Assembly: GCA_048128005.1 (NCBI GenBank)
Contig: JBEUKZ010000077.1
Coordinates: forward strand, 1 to 64,000
Length of the DNA: 64,000 nucleotides
Origin: Veleropilina oligotropha
Lineage: Eukaryota
Direction: 5' to 3'
In this document: positions 1 through 12,400 of the stretch, one piece after another
How positions within the stretch are numbered: position 1 is the stretch's first letter
Layout: the number at the start of each line of letters is the position of its first letter
Notes under the pieces: model-generated
Databases searched by the model: none
Seen by the model: only the letters and a program-made list of their open reading frames with translations
Told to the model about the DNA's origin: nothing
Translations under genes and position numbers: made by a program

Positions 1-300
1 ATTTATTTTTGCCAGCTTAATTCGGTGCTTTAATGACATTACATACCAGGGTTCTGCATCAATTTTATCCTGTTCATGAGATTCTGATTGGGAGATAGGT
101 ACAAATTGTTCGGTTTGCTTTTTATTTAAGAATACATGTATATGTTGCACAATACAATTATTATCATATGATAATGTGTTTTTGAATTTGTATTCATTTT
201 GTGTAGAATAACAATTATAGACACGAAAATTCCAACTTTGTAGGCGTTTGGAAAACCACTATTTGTAGGCCTAACGTAAACCATATATTTATCTTCAGCA

Positions 301-412
301 ATGCCGAGTGCCGGGGCATTGTGCCCGCCACTTATCACGCCAATCAGAAAGCCGCTACCGGGTCTTCCTGCTCACCACATCGACACCACAACGTTAATAG
401 AACTGACCTCTG
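301..412 (+). CDS. Exon 1 (start): [42 protein letters not shown]1-like N-terminus
   Basis: ttcag acceptor at 298, ATG at 301, G|GTAAGC donor; resembles the DZANK1 N-terminus as I recall it. Confidence 0.8.
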
Positions 413-3400
413 GTAAGCAACCTTCCCACCATCACTCTCATATGCAACACTGATAGAACCAACATGAGAGGTGTCCTTCCACTATCAATCATTTGACACA
501 ATTAAAACTAATTATAACTTGTCTAATTTGTGGAATTTCAAAGGATTTTGTTTGATACCATGTTTAAATATTTTTTATTTTACGAAATGGCAGTAATTTG
601 TATCTAACGACCACTCAAAATCTGAAAAGGCTTAGGGTATTCGATTTCTTGGTATATTTTGTAAATAGGCTCAAGAATCGATGTACTTGTGTTAATTCTG
701 CTATCACATATTTAAGTGTTAGAATATTTGGATTAATATTTTACTCGTTTCAGAAACTACCACATGCAAGTTCTACTTTACCACCGACGGAACCAAGCCA
801 AGTCCATTCCAGAGGAAAGTTGCTGGACGTGAAATTACATTCAAATATGTTGGGCCATTTACATTGAAAGCTGGAAAAAGAACACTCAAAGCAATAGCTG
901 TATCAAGGTATCACACAATTACTTTAACGTAAAATTATAAAGAAATATTATTAAAGTCTGCACTATAAAACTCTATCTTTCAGCATTTTTGGTGGGTATT
1001 GGTTTGTCGTATGGGATAAACTACTCACAGCCCTCGACAGGAGTGTTTTCTCTGAACTATTCAACGCTATCGAGTAGTTTATGTCACTTAAAACATTTCA
1101 CCATTGAACAATAGCCTCATTCCCTACCAGGTACCTCTATTGTAGTTAATTGGAATGCATTAGTTGAATGAAAGTCTTAATTGCCATGTATTAGTTGAAT
1201 GCCTTTAAACTATTCAACCGCTGGGCCAACAAAGCTTTGTTCTTCGATTGAATAGGCAGAATAAACAACTGCCCAGAACTATAGATGACGTCACAGAAAT
1301 GTTTTAAGCTAAGATAAAATATACAATTACAATTCACGACACTTAATTCATACCTGTTGTTCACATTTAGCACTCCATAGAGATAACCATAGTGATGCAC
1401 TATAAGTTGTTTTCCGATCACGAGGGGGACATCGGTGATTGTATTCCGCCTGACGTTGTACCCCGAAGCGCATAGCGCTGAGGGGTACAACTTCAGGAAG
1501 GAATACAATCACTGATGTCACCCAAGTGATCGGAAGACAATGATTTTATCTTACTTTCAAATGAAATAAATGGTCTGAATATTGGCAGTATTTAATATGA
1601 ACCAACCCGTCTCTATTTACGTAAAAGTGTCTCAGTATATCCACTAGCCTTACTTTATCAAACTTTTCGAAATCCTGGTGTAATTTTGTTTCCTGTAGAT
1701 CTTCTCTAAATAAAACTGCTGCACATGTGTTGGATTTCTTTGTATTCCTCGGAATACTGTTTTCTTTTTGGTTATTTCTTCTTGTGTGTTATTGCCAAAT
1801 CGATTAGAAGCCATTTGTAAACATACGCAGACGACAAATGTAAATTTTAGTCGGGCATGGTTATCTCCCTTATATCATGCAATCGACCGAAAACGTCATT
1901 GAGATAAGCTGAAAAATCACACAGTGTAACTGTCATTACACAACGGCTCTTTTGTTTTGAAGAGGTTGGTATTCAGCGTGAACACCTTGTTTTCAATGAC
2001 GATTCAAAAGTAGGGTGGTATAGCCATACCAACCTACTTTTCACTCTATACCGACCTGCGTCCGTGCAAGACGGCTAAAGCTGATCACAAGCTAAATTGA
2101 CAACAAAGGAGCTATAATTGGCCGTTGTGTAAGTCGGTTACAAACCTCGTTAGTCGGTATTCATCTATTTGAAAGACCTGCTTCCGTGCTGTAACACCTC
2201 GACCGCTCCGCGGTCTCGGTGTCACGATCCGCACGGGCGCAGGTCTTTCAAATCGATGAATACCTCCAACTCGGTTAGTAACCTATACATACCGCCATTG
2301 TTTTTAGTTGTACACCGTCTAATCCCGTGCACACCGTGGATTGTCAACGGACAAACAACCAATGAAAATTGAGTATTTTAATAGAAAGTAAGATAAACCC
2401 AATTGTAAATGTTTCCTGTTTTCTCCCCAATAATTATGTCACCTGTAATGGTATACCTAATGGTTTCCTGATCATCTAGCAGAACTATTTTGTAATCATG
2501 TCGCGTATTTGTCCATATTCTTCAGGGATGGCCTCCAGGAATCCGCTGTGGTGTCCAAGAATTTGATTGTAGATGACGTTGGCACATACGTCTTTGATGA
2601 GGATGGAATCTCCTTTGGTTCAGATCTTGAAATCACCAAGAAACCAAAGACAAAGAAATTAAAATCTAATAGCACGGTACAGTAATAAAACATATAGTTT
2701 ATGTTGCATGAACATATGTTATCTTGTTATTGTTCATATAAAAATATGTCCTCATATATTCTTTGGTCATCTTGGTCTATCAGCATTGGTAAACTCAAAA
2801 GTAAATTTCCTTTAGATAAATCAATAGTCACCATTAACTATTCTGATGGCATTACGGTTACATCAATGATCATATATACTGCAACATTGAGATTGAAGCG
2901 CAGAAAAAAATGTTAAAACTCTTAGTTACTTACCGGTAAATAATATCAACTATACAGTTTTCTTTTGTAGAAATCATTAACTTCTAAAAAGTTAACAACT
3001 GCGAAATCTTTAAAAAATTCTACTATTAAAGAAGCATGGGGGAGTAAAGGAGCCTACGACAATTATGACTCGGAGGCACTGGATCGTACACGTAAGCGAA
3101 CATTGCATTGTAGAACATCCATTGTTTTTGAAATTATGAGTATAATTGTTAGCATAAGGAGTGGAATATGTTATACCGTGATCTTAAACGATTTAAGCAG
3201 GTCACAAGTGCTCATCAGCTTTCAATCTTTTGCAGATTCTGTGTATTGTGATGTTCTTATACTTTTCAACTTTCAGCGGTTATTCCCGATGGTCCCTTTA
3301 ATCCGACCAATTACTCCGGGACACAGATCAACGTGTGGGGCGCTCCAGCAGGGTCCCTAGCCGGGCTGAATGGAGGAACTCTGGGCACCACATCGGCCGC

Positions 3401-6400
3401 GTCTCCCTACCCGACACAGTTTGGATTCCTAACAGAGCAAATGATTCGAGTATGCAGTGCCATAATGTAATCGTGCTTTAATTAAGATCTTTGTTGTTCA
3501 TGTTGACCGCCCATCTGATCAATTAATGATAATATGGAAGTATATTCAATAATCCTCCTGCTACAGCTTTTAACAATTTGCCATGCTTTTGAATTACTGT
3601 ACTGGTCTGTTGGTTGGGTATACTTGAACATACCCAACGTTTTCAAATGAAAATATGTCTGCTTGTATTGACAAGGGTGTAGAACAATTTATATCAATTC
3701 TATTCATTTTTAATTCCGTTACCATGTACTTTTATTTTTATTGGACCTTCAATAACTCTATTGATAGCCTGACCCTTAGTCCCATCTGTAATTTATAAAT
3801 TCAATACTTTAATTTAATTTTCTTTCTATTTACTCTAATTTTGCTAAATTGTATGAAGTATAACAATATTTTTTACTTAAAGAATATCATTTTACTAAAT
3901 GGACAAATTTCAAATTATAAAAGTAAGTCTTCAAAATACATCCAATTTCCAGGGTTTGAACACAGATAATAATGGCGTGTCTGTTGGTGACGTCAGGAAA
4001 TCAGTCAAAGAAGAGAAGCCTGACATCCAGGAGGCCCCGCCGGCCATTGAATATCCAGTTTACAAGAACCCACCCCTCAATGCTGTGAGCGTCGGACACG
4101 GTAAGAATAATATGGTCAGACGTGGAAACGGTAAGAATAATGTGGTCAGAGGTGGAAATGGTAAGAATAATGCGGTCAGAGGTGAAAACGGTAAGAATAA
4201 TGCGGTCAGAGGTGGAAACGGTAAGAATAATGTGGTCAGAGGTGGAAACGGTAAGAATAATGCGGTCAGAGGTGGAAATGGTAAGAATAATACGGTCGGC
4301 GGTGGAAATGGTAAGAATAATACGGTCGGAGGTGGAAACGGTAAGAATAATACGGTCGGAGGTGGAAACGGTAAGAGTAATGCGGTCGGAGGTGGAAACG
4401 GTAAGAGTAATGCGGTCAGAGGTGGAAATGGTAAGAATAATGCGGTCAGAGGTGGAAACGGTAAGAGTAATGCGGTCGGAGGTGGAAACGGTAAGAGTAA
4501 TGCGGTCAGAGGTGGAAATGGTAAGAATAATGTGGTCAGAGGTGGAAACGGTAAGAATAATACGGTCGGAGGTGGAAACGGTAAGAGTAATGCGGTCAGA
4601 GGTGGAAATGGTAAGAATAATGCGGTCAGAGGTGGAAATGGTAAGAATAATGCGGTCAGAGGTGGAAACGGTAAGAATAATGCGGTCAGAGGTGGAAACG
4701 GTAAGAATAATGCGGTCAGAGGTGGAAACGGTAAGAGTAATGCGGTCAGAGGTGGAAATGGTAAGAATAATGCGGTCGGAGGTGGAAACGGTAAGAGTAA
4801 TGCGGTCAGAGGTGGAAATGGTAAGAATAATGCGGTCGGAGGTGGAAACGGTAAGAATAATGCGGTCAGAGGTGGAAATGGTAAGAATAATGCGGTCGGA
4901 GGTGGAAACGGTAAGAGTAATGCGGTCAGAGGTGGAAACGGTAAGAATAATACGGTCGGAGGTGGAAACAGTAAGAATAATACGGTCGGAGGTGGAAACG
5001 GTAAGAATAATACGGTCGGAGGTGGAAACGGTAAGAATAATGCTGTCGGATGTGGAAACGGTAAGAGTAATGCGGTCAGAGGTGGAAATGGTAAGAATAA
5101 TGCGTTCGGAGGTGGAAACGGTAAGAGTAATGCGGTCAGAGGTGGAAATGGTAAGAATAATGCGGTCGGAGGTGGAAACGGTAAGAATAATGCGGTCAGA
5201 GGTGGAAATGGTAAGAATAATGCGGTCGGAGGTGGAAGCGGTAAGAGTAATGCGGTCAGAGGTGGAAACGGTAAGAATAATACGGTTGGAGGTTGAAACG
5301 GTAAGAATAATACGGTCGGAGGTGGAAACGGTAAGAATATTGCGGTCGGAGGTGGAAACGGTAAGAGTAATGCGGTCAGAGGTGGAAACGGTAAGAATAA
5401 TATGGTCGGAGGTGGAAACGGTAAGAATAATGCGGTCGGAGGTGGAAACGGTAAGAGTAATGCGGTCAGAGGTGGAAACAGTACGAATAATATGGTCAGA
5501 GCTTGAAACGGTAAGAAAGCAGGGTTAATGGTTCCACAAATATTATACATAATTAAGTTTGAGTACAATGTCGTGGATAACATTTGTAGTGAATTAGAAG
5601 TTTGCATGCTATTTTTAATATTTATAATTTAATTGTATTTACAATGAGAAATTTAGCTTGACAAAAAAATTTTGCTCTGCTTATGCTAGGAATTGATCAC
5701 TTAAAAGTTTTTAAGGAGAAATTTGTATATGAAATTTCAGGCATTACATATAGGTTAACCAACGTGGAACTGAGGATTCGTGAAAAATAATGCACGAGGG
5801 CCGACAGGCCCGAGTGCATTATTTTTCACGAATGCTCAGTTCCAAGTTGGTTAACTTATTTAATCCATCTTAGCCAAAATAAACTGTGTTATGTGTTTAG
5901 ACAATACTAGTCTATTAATATTAAATTACATCGTCAAATTACTCAAATATATACATTTGACGTGATTAGGATATGATGTTTATCTCCGGAATCCCCTGTC
6001 GGACATCAGTCTAATTAAATAGAATCATCTTTATGAATAGAAGTTTAATGTGCTCGTTAAGTGCAATTATACCGGCATGCAAGGTGAATATTTTTGCGTC
6101 ACGATGATGTAGATTTCAAAGCACGCTTCACTTGGCTTCTGATGTTTGACCAGAGCACACGTGGGATTTACCTCTGCAGAGAGCATCAGGTATAGTATAA
6201 TATTGCAAATATATGTTGTATTTTAACGACATTTCTGTGATGTAATATTTAACTAGCTCTCGGTGTTCGTTTCAAAGTAAAGCAATGGAACATCGTTCAT
6301 ATGAACAACAGCATTATATGGAGTATTGCCAGATTCTTCTGAACGTTAAACGTGTAGTACATTTTCTTCATTTGGGTAACGAATTTAATGTGCTTGAAGT

Positions 6401-9400
6401 TTGTTGTCAGTGCAAAAGTGTTGTCTACGCGTTAAAATAATTAATATTTTCTTTTCAGTGTCCACGTGTACTAGAATGGACTCGTCCGCAGATAAATCTA
6501 CCTCTTTGGATTATATACTGCGTTAAACATGCTTTCCTCATTTTCTGGAATGGAATCGTCCATAGCATGGAATTAATGCACATAACGCTTGTTTAATTGG
6601 TCTTTTAAGCAGACACAATGATTTTGTAGCAGTGGATTCGTGTAGAATAATCAACAGTTATAACAAAAGAAAACTAGGTCAAAATGGATTAAAAATCAAT
6701 ATACTGTTTTGTTGTGGATGTATTGATCAGATTTCATTCTGTTTTCTGTTATAGGGGATTTCAAGGCACAGATGTTGCACATTTATGCACACATGCTCGA
6801 TTATGGTAAAACACATACAGATTTTGGATTGACCATTTCCAAACCACCATTAGGCAAGGTAATCTATCTCAGGATACAACGAATACACCATTGTTGCTCA
6901 GTGGTATTACTTCATTATTTCTAGACATAATTGGAGCTGGTCCGATAGCAGAGTGAATACGATTGTGGATACCTAACGCAGCCTAATGTTACCTAAATAT
7001 TCAAGTTGAAAGACCAACATGAAGCAAATATTTCACCGTGAGAGCACGGGTTAAAGCTAGTAAACTATAATAGCAACTTATAAATGCAGCATTTTCTTTT
7101 CTGGTCATTTATGCGCTTTTATAGCTGAAGCATGACATCCAATAATGTCTTGCGTTGTGCATGTTATGCACAATTTATTTGAATGAAATTTACCTAATTT
7201 GTTTTTTATTTTCAGCTTCTATCAGCAGACTTCAGCGATGAAGGCGATGGTTATAAGATCACCCTCATGATGGGAAAGCCAGGAGTCCCACGTAAGGCTA
7301 TAAGTTATAGCAAACTGTTATGAGTTTCTGCGATTGCAAGAAATGGCAAATAGCATTGATATGACATCATATTACCGCCACATTTTGAACATGTCATCTA
7401 GTGCTTTAACAGATCATATTATAAAACAATATTTATTTTTTGTTGCAAAATTATACATTTTAATATGTAATTTTCCAAAAAAAATTGAAGATTGTTTTAA
7501 ATTTTCCATAAAAATCTACATGCGTTTATTGAATGAATGTTGTCAGTATAAATCATTTCCTCTGATATTTATGTGTGTCAGGGTTTGCCTCTTGCAACAG
7601 ATATAATTTGCCTGCGACTGGTATAATTTAAATAACAAAAATATTACTTTTAAGAAATGTTTGCAATAATACCTGTTACTGCAAATAATAGTATTTCGTA
7701 TGATAATTCTTTAACTTGAAGCATATGCCAGGTGATAATTTTTAACATTTAGCACTTTACGTGTGTTTAGTTAATGTATTAGGTACTACCTACATGTAAT
7801 TTGAAGAAATATGTTTCATATAAACAAATTCATTTATTAATACATGATTTTAGCTGGCTCTATAAGAAAGAAACCAAAAATAGAACCTAAAAAGAAAGAA
7901 GTTGTAAAGGAAAAAGAAAAAGAAAAGCCAAAGGAAACCAAACCTAAGCCGGCACCAGTCCCCAAGAAATCTGATCCGTACTTTGATATGGAAACTGAAA
8001 ATTTAAATGTAAGTCAAATTTTGTTTTTGCATTTATTTCTACAAATACCAGTAACCTGATAGTACTATGTCTACAAGGATGGATGAAGATGAATTGGTTG
8101 ATGTTAATTATTTTTTACTAGTATTATTTTACAATAACCTCACATGATGTACATGTTGCAGCGTTACATTATACTCACATGTCACATTTGGTAGATACCG
8201 ACCTGACTTACTTCTCAAATTTGATTACACAATTGCATCTGTTGTCAAGATGTATTCTATCAACACTATACACACTGGTGTGTGTCGTGTCATATGAGTT
8301 GCTGATGCGTACATTGCACTTTAAAAGTGATGCCATGTGTGTGTTTTGTCGCTTCAGCATGAAGGAACTGTCAAGGAGTATCCAAATTTCAATGAAGAGC
8401 AAGATTGTGAAGTTCTCAGGAATGCCATGAAAGGATTGGGTAAGATGCTGTACTTAGACTTTTGTGCTGATTGGATAATCCACCCATCATGATGTTCATA
8501 TTATTGGAATTTTATCAGAAAGTGGTCTTTGAAAAAATTAATATGGGGTATATAACAATCTTTTAAGTTTCATAATCTGGCATGTTCACCTTGCAACCAC
8601 CACTGTGAAATGTACTGCACCAATAAGCCAATTTAATCTGGTGTCATAACATAACATTGAAAGGGAAAGGAAAGGATCGATGGTTAATGTTCTGTATATT
8701 TCAACCCATCATTTGGTTCAAAGCAGGACATGTCCATATTATCGCGGGAGGAAAGCCCGGTCGCCCGGGAAAACCTGCCCTCTCCGACCAGTTACGGACA
8801 ACTGTGATTCATAACTTGAAAAAATGTGTGATGTCCCTGCCGAGATTTAAACCCACTACTGTTTGCATCAGCGGAATCAAGTCAGTGATTTTTCGGAGTC
8901 CACGACCGAAACCACATGACTGTCGAAGTGGCCTGCATAACAGTGAAGTATTCTTTTGCCTGTAGTTTATGTTCTTAACTCTTATCCCACTGTTCACGAC
9001 AATAGATGTATTACAGTGTAAGCAATACTTCTTTAGTGGGATAAGGGTTAAGTATTCAAATCCAACAGTTTTCTGCCTTTTTATACAAGAAATTTTCTAG
9101 TAACATGGTTCTCATATTTTAGGTACAGATGAGGAATCCATAATTAATATTTTGGCATACAGGTCTAATCCTCAAAGACAAAAAATTGTAATCATGTACA
9201 AAACCATGTTTGGAAAGGTAAGAGTTTGAGCATATTTACCTGTACATTTGATCAACAGTTCTTAATTTGATGACAAGTTACTGGTATCTTTGATGAGCAT
9301 ATGATTTAAATAACAGATATATATTAGTTGAGTATTTACCTGTGTATTAGATGAACATTTACATGACAATGTATTTTGTGTATAATTGATGTAATCCCAA

Positions 9401-12400
9401 CATAATCACAAAGAAATCTAAATAATAATATAGAAGAACTGGCATGAGTTTAACAACATAATACTAGTATATTAATTTTTCCCGTCCACATTTTTTTGCA
9501 TGTTTACGCATCTATTCAACAAAAGATGTAGTGATGAACTATCATGGCTATATGGAGTCCACAATAGTTTAGGGACAAACATTTTTATGCCTCCCCCCAA
9601 TTTATTGGGGGCATTTAGATGTTCCCTTGTCCATTAATTTCGTCCAGTCTCTAAAATCAGTATTTGCGTGTAAGTAACTCCCTTCTGTTATAAGAGTGGA
9701 GGCATTCATGTCCCATGGACACATTTCTAGTTGTTATATCAAACTTTAATTCCTTCAGGATTTAATTGAGGACCTTAAAAGTGAACTCAGCGGCTCATTC
9801 TTGGACACTTGTAAAGCGCTGTGCAAAGCGCCAGCGCAGTTTGATGCTAATGAACTGAGGAAGGCCATGAAAGTAAGTCATTCACTGTCCAATGATTGTC
9901 AATAAATGCAGTATGTATGATTCAAAAATAAGGAATTTTGTTTTCTATATTGCTAGGCAATTCATTCTCACTACTTTCCTGGATATCTTCAGATAATGTG
10001 TCTAGATGTCTGTCTATTGTATCATATCTTTCTGTTTTAACCGAATAACCGTCTAGCTACCAAATTTCTGATGACCAACCAAGCACATGTAGGACTGTAA
10101 TGTATCATCATAATCAGCTAGTATACTTAGTCTAGTATTCAATGAGCTGCACAATGATGCATAGAGAGAATTGAAAATATGCTCGTTATACATTGCGATG
10201 TATTCCAGGGCTTAGATTTGATGACGATGTTTCTTGTATTATGATGTATTTCCTGGTATGATAAAGATGTTTGTATATTGTGATGTATTCCAGGGTCTTG
10301 GCACTGATAAAGATGTTTGTATAGTGTGATGTATGCCAGGGTCTTGGCACTGATAAAGATGTTTGTATATTGTGATGTATTCCAGGGTCTTGGCACTGAT
10401 GACGATGTACTGATTGAAATACTCTGTACAAGATCCAATGCACAAATAAAGAAAATCATAGAAACCTACAAAGAATGTAAGTCAAAATCAAATCCCAAAT
10501 GATACATCATGTTGAGGGGAATTGACAAGGTCAGCATCCTGTTTATGTATTTCAGCGAGTTCATCAACCAGGATTTCTTTTACTTCCTTCATAGTGACAT
10601 AAGTATTATGCCCCTTCAACTTCGGTCATGATCCAAGTAGAGAGAAAGTCAATTATCATTTAGTATATATGCTTATTGATTCTGTATTTTGATTGATTGT
10701 TGTTGTAATTTGTATATTTTACTTTCATATCCATATTTGAAAGAAACATGGTGACACACAATTAATAGGGATCATGGATGAGTTTTCTGATTGCTTGCAA
10801 ATCAGCCCACTCTTGATTTACGTACATTTTGTGACACAGATGTTTTGTGAATATTTCAATTGCTTGGAAGTGTCTTCCTTTCATTGTTCAATTAGTCCAT
10901 GCAGGTTAGGTAACTATTCTGATTTAAATTGGTGATCATTTTTTTTAGCTTTTTGATGTCCATGCTTCTGAAATATTGGAAGTATTTCTTTATTTTTCTT
11001 ACGATTTAAAGATTGTGCTTGACCAAACCTGATAAATGTTTAGCTTTTATAAAAGATATTTTTTCTGCGGAATATACTGTCAAACTCTTTCAAGAACATA
11101 AATGTAGCTACTATTAATATTTAGCCTAAGTATTAAATATATCACATTTTATATATATTTTTAGTATTTAATCGTAATTTGGAAAAGGACATCATCTCTG
11201 ACACGTCCGGCCATTTCAAACGCCTTTTGGTTGGCTTGGTAACAGCCAATCGCAGCGATGGCAACAAGGTGGATAGAAACAAAGCGGTGCAGGATGCCAA
11301 GGCCCTCTATCAGGCAGGCGAAAAGAAATGGGGCACAGACGAGTCGCGGTTCAATGCCATCCTAGTATCCAGGAGTTACCCACAACTCAGAGCCACATTT
11401 GAAGAGTACGGTAAACTGTCCAAGAAAGATATTGAAGCCGTTCTAAAGAGCGAACTTTCTGGAGACTTGCTTCGTGGAATGCTCACGATTGGTATGTATA
11501 TAGTAACATTCCACCATTGGTATGTATAATAAAAATTATATAGTAACATGCCACCAATGATCTGTATATATAGTAATATGCTAAAATTGGTATATAATAC
11601 TAAATAGCAGGATACAAATTATCTGTATATATGGTAACATTGCCACATTTGGTATGTATATAACATACTACAAAATAATTAACAAAAGTAGGTTTGTTGT
11701 ATATGCGTGTATCTTCAAATAATTATGACTGTTTTTCGCATCATCCAATAATGTCGAATTTTTTATCTCTTTCAGTGCGGTGTGTCAGAGACAAAGCAGG
11801 TCATTTTGCTCGTCAACTACAAAAAACGATGAAGGGCATCGGTACTGACGATGACACGCTGGTGCGGGTGGTGGTTTCTCGGTGTGAGACCGATATGGTC
11901 CAGATCAAAGAATCCTTCCAGTCTCTGACGGGCCAAAGCCTTGAGCAATTTCTAGCAGTGAGTATATATTGTATGAATTGGTTATTTTGGGAATTTCTTA
12001 AACATACTTTTTGCTTATCAAAGTGTTGGTCACACATATATTTTTATGTCGACCTTTTTGTAAAAAAGGACAAGACATAATCAAATGGTCCGTGTGTATA
12101 TATATATTTCTAGTAAATAGCAATGACGTCATTACGACGTTGCTTTAGATTAAACGTCATTGGTGACGTCACAATCAAGGGTAAAGTCATGAAGTACACT
12201 TCGCCGTTGTAATGTTTAATATAACTGTTCTGAAAATTTGACGGAAACAAAGAAATGGTCAAGACATATACCGAATGCATCGTTCTTGTTTAGAATATAG
12301 CTGTGCTTGATGCTTCCCACTGTTTGTCATTATGTGAAGCATCAATTCATATTATCTATGGAATATTTATATTCGCTTATCAATATTATCGCTTTGTACT

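Noticed and set aside
4060..5607. Pro/Leu-rich minus ORF and [14 protein letters not shown]
   Set aside because: Alternative frames of the 30-bp minisatellite
301..8008. Canonical DZANK1 gene
   Set aside because: No CxxC zinc-ribbon or ankyrin exons found, and the frame continues into annexin
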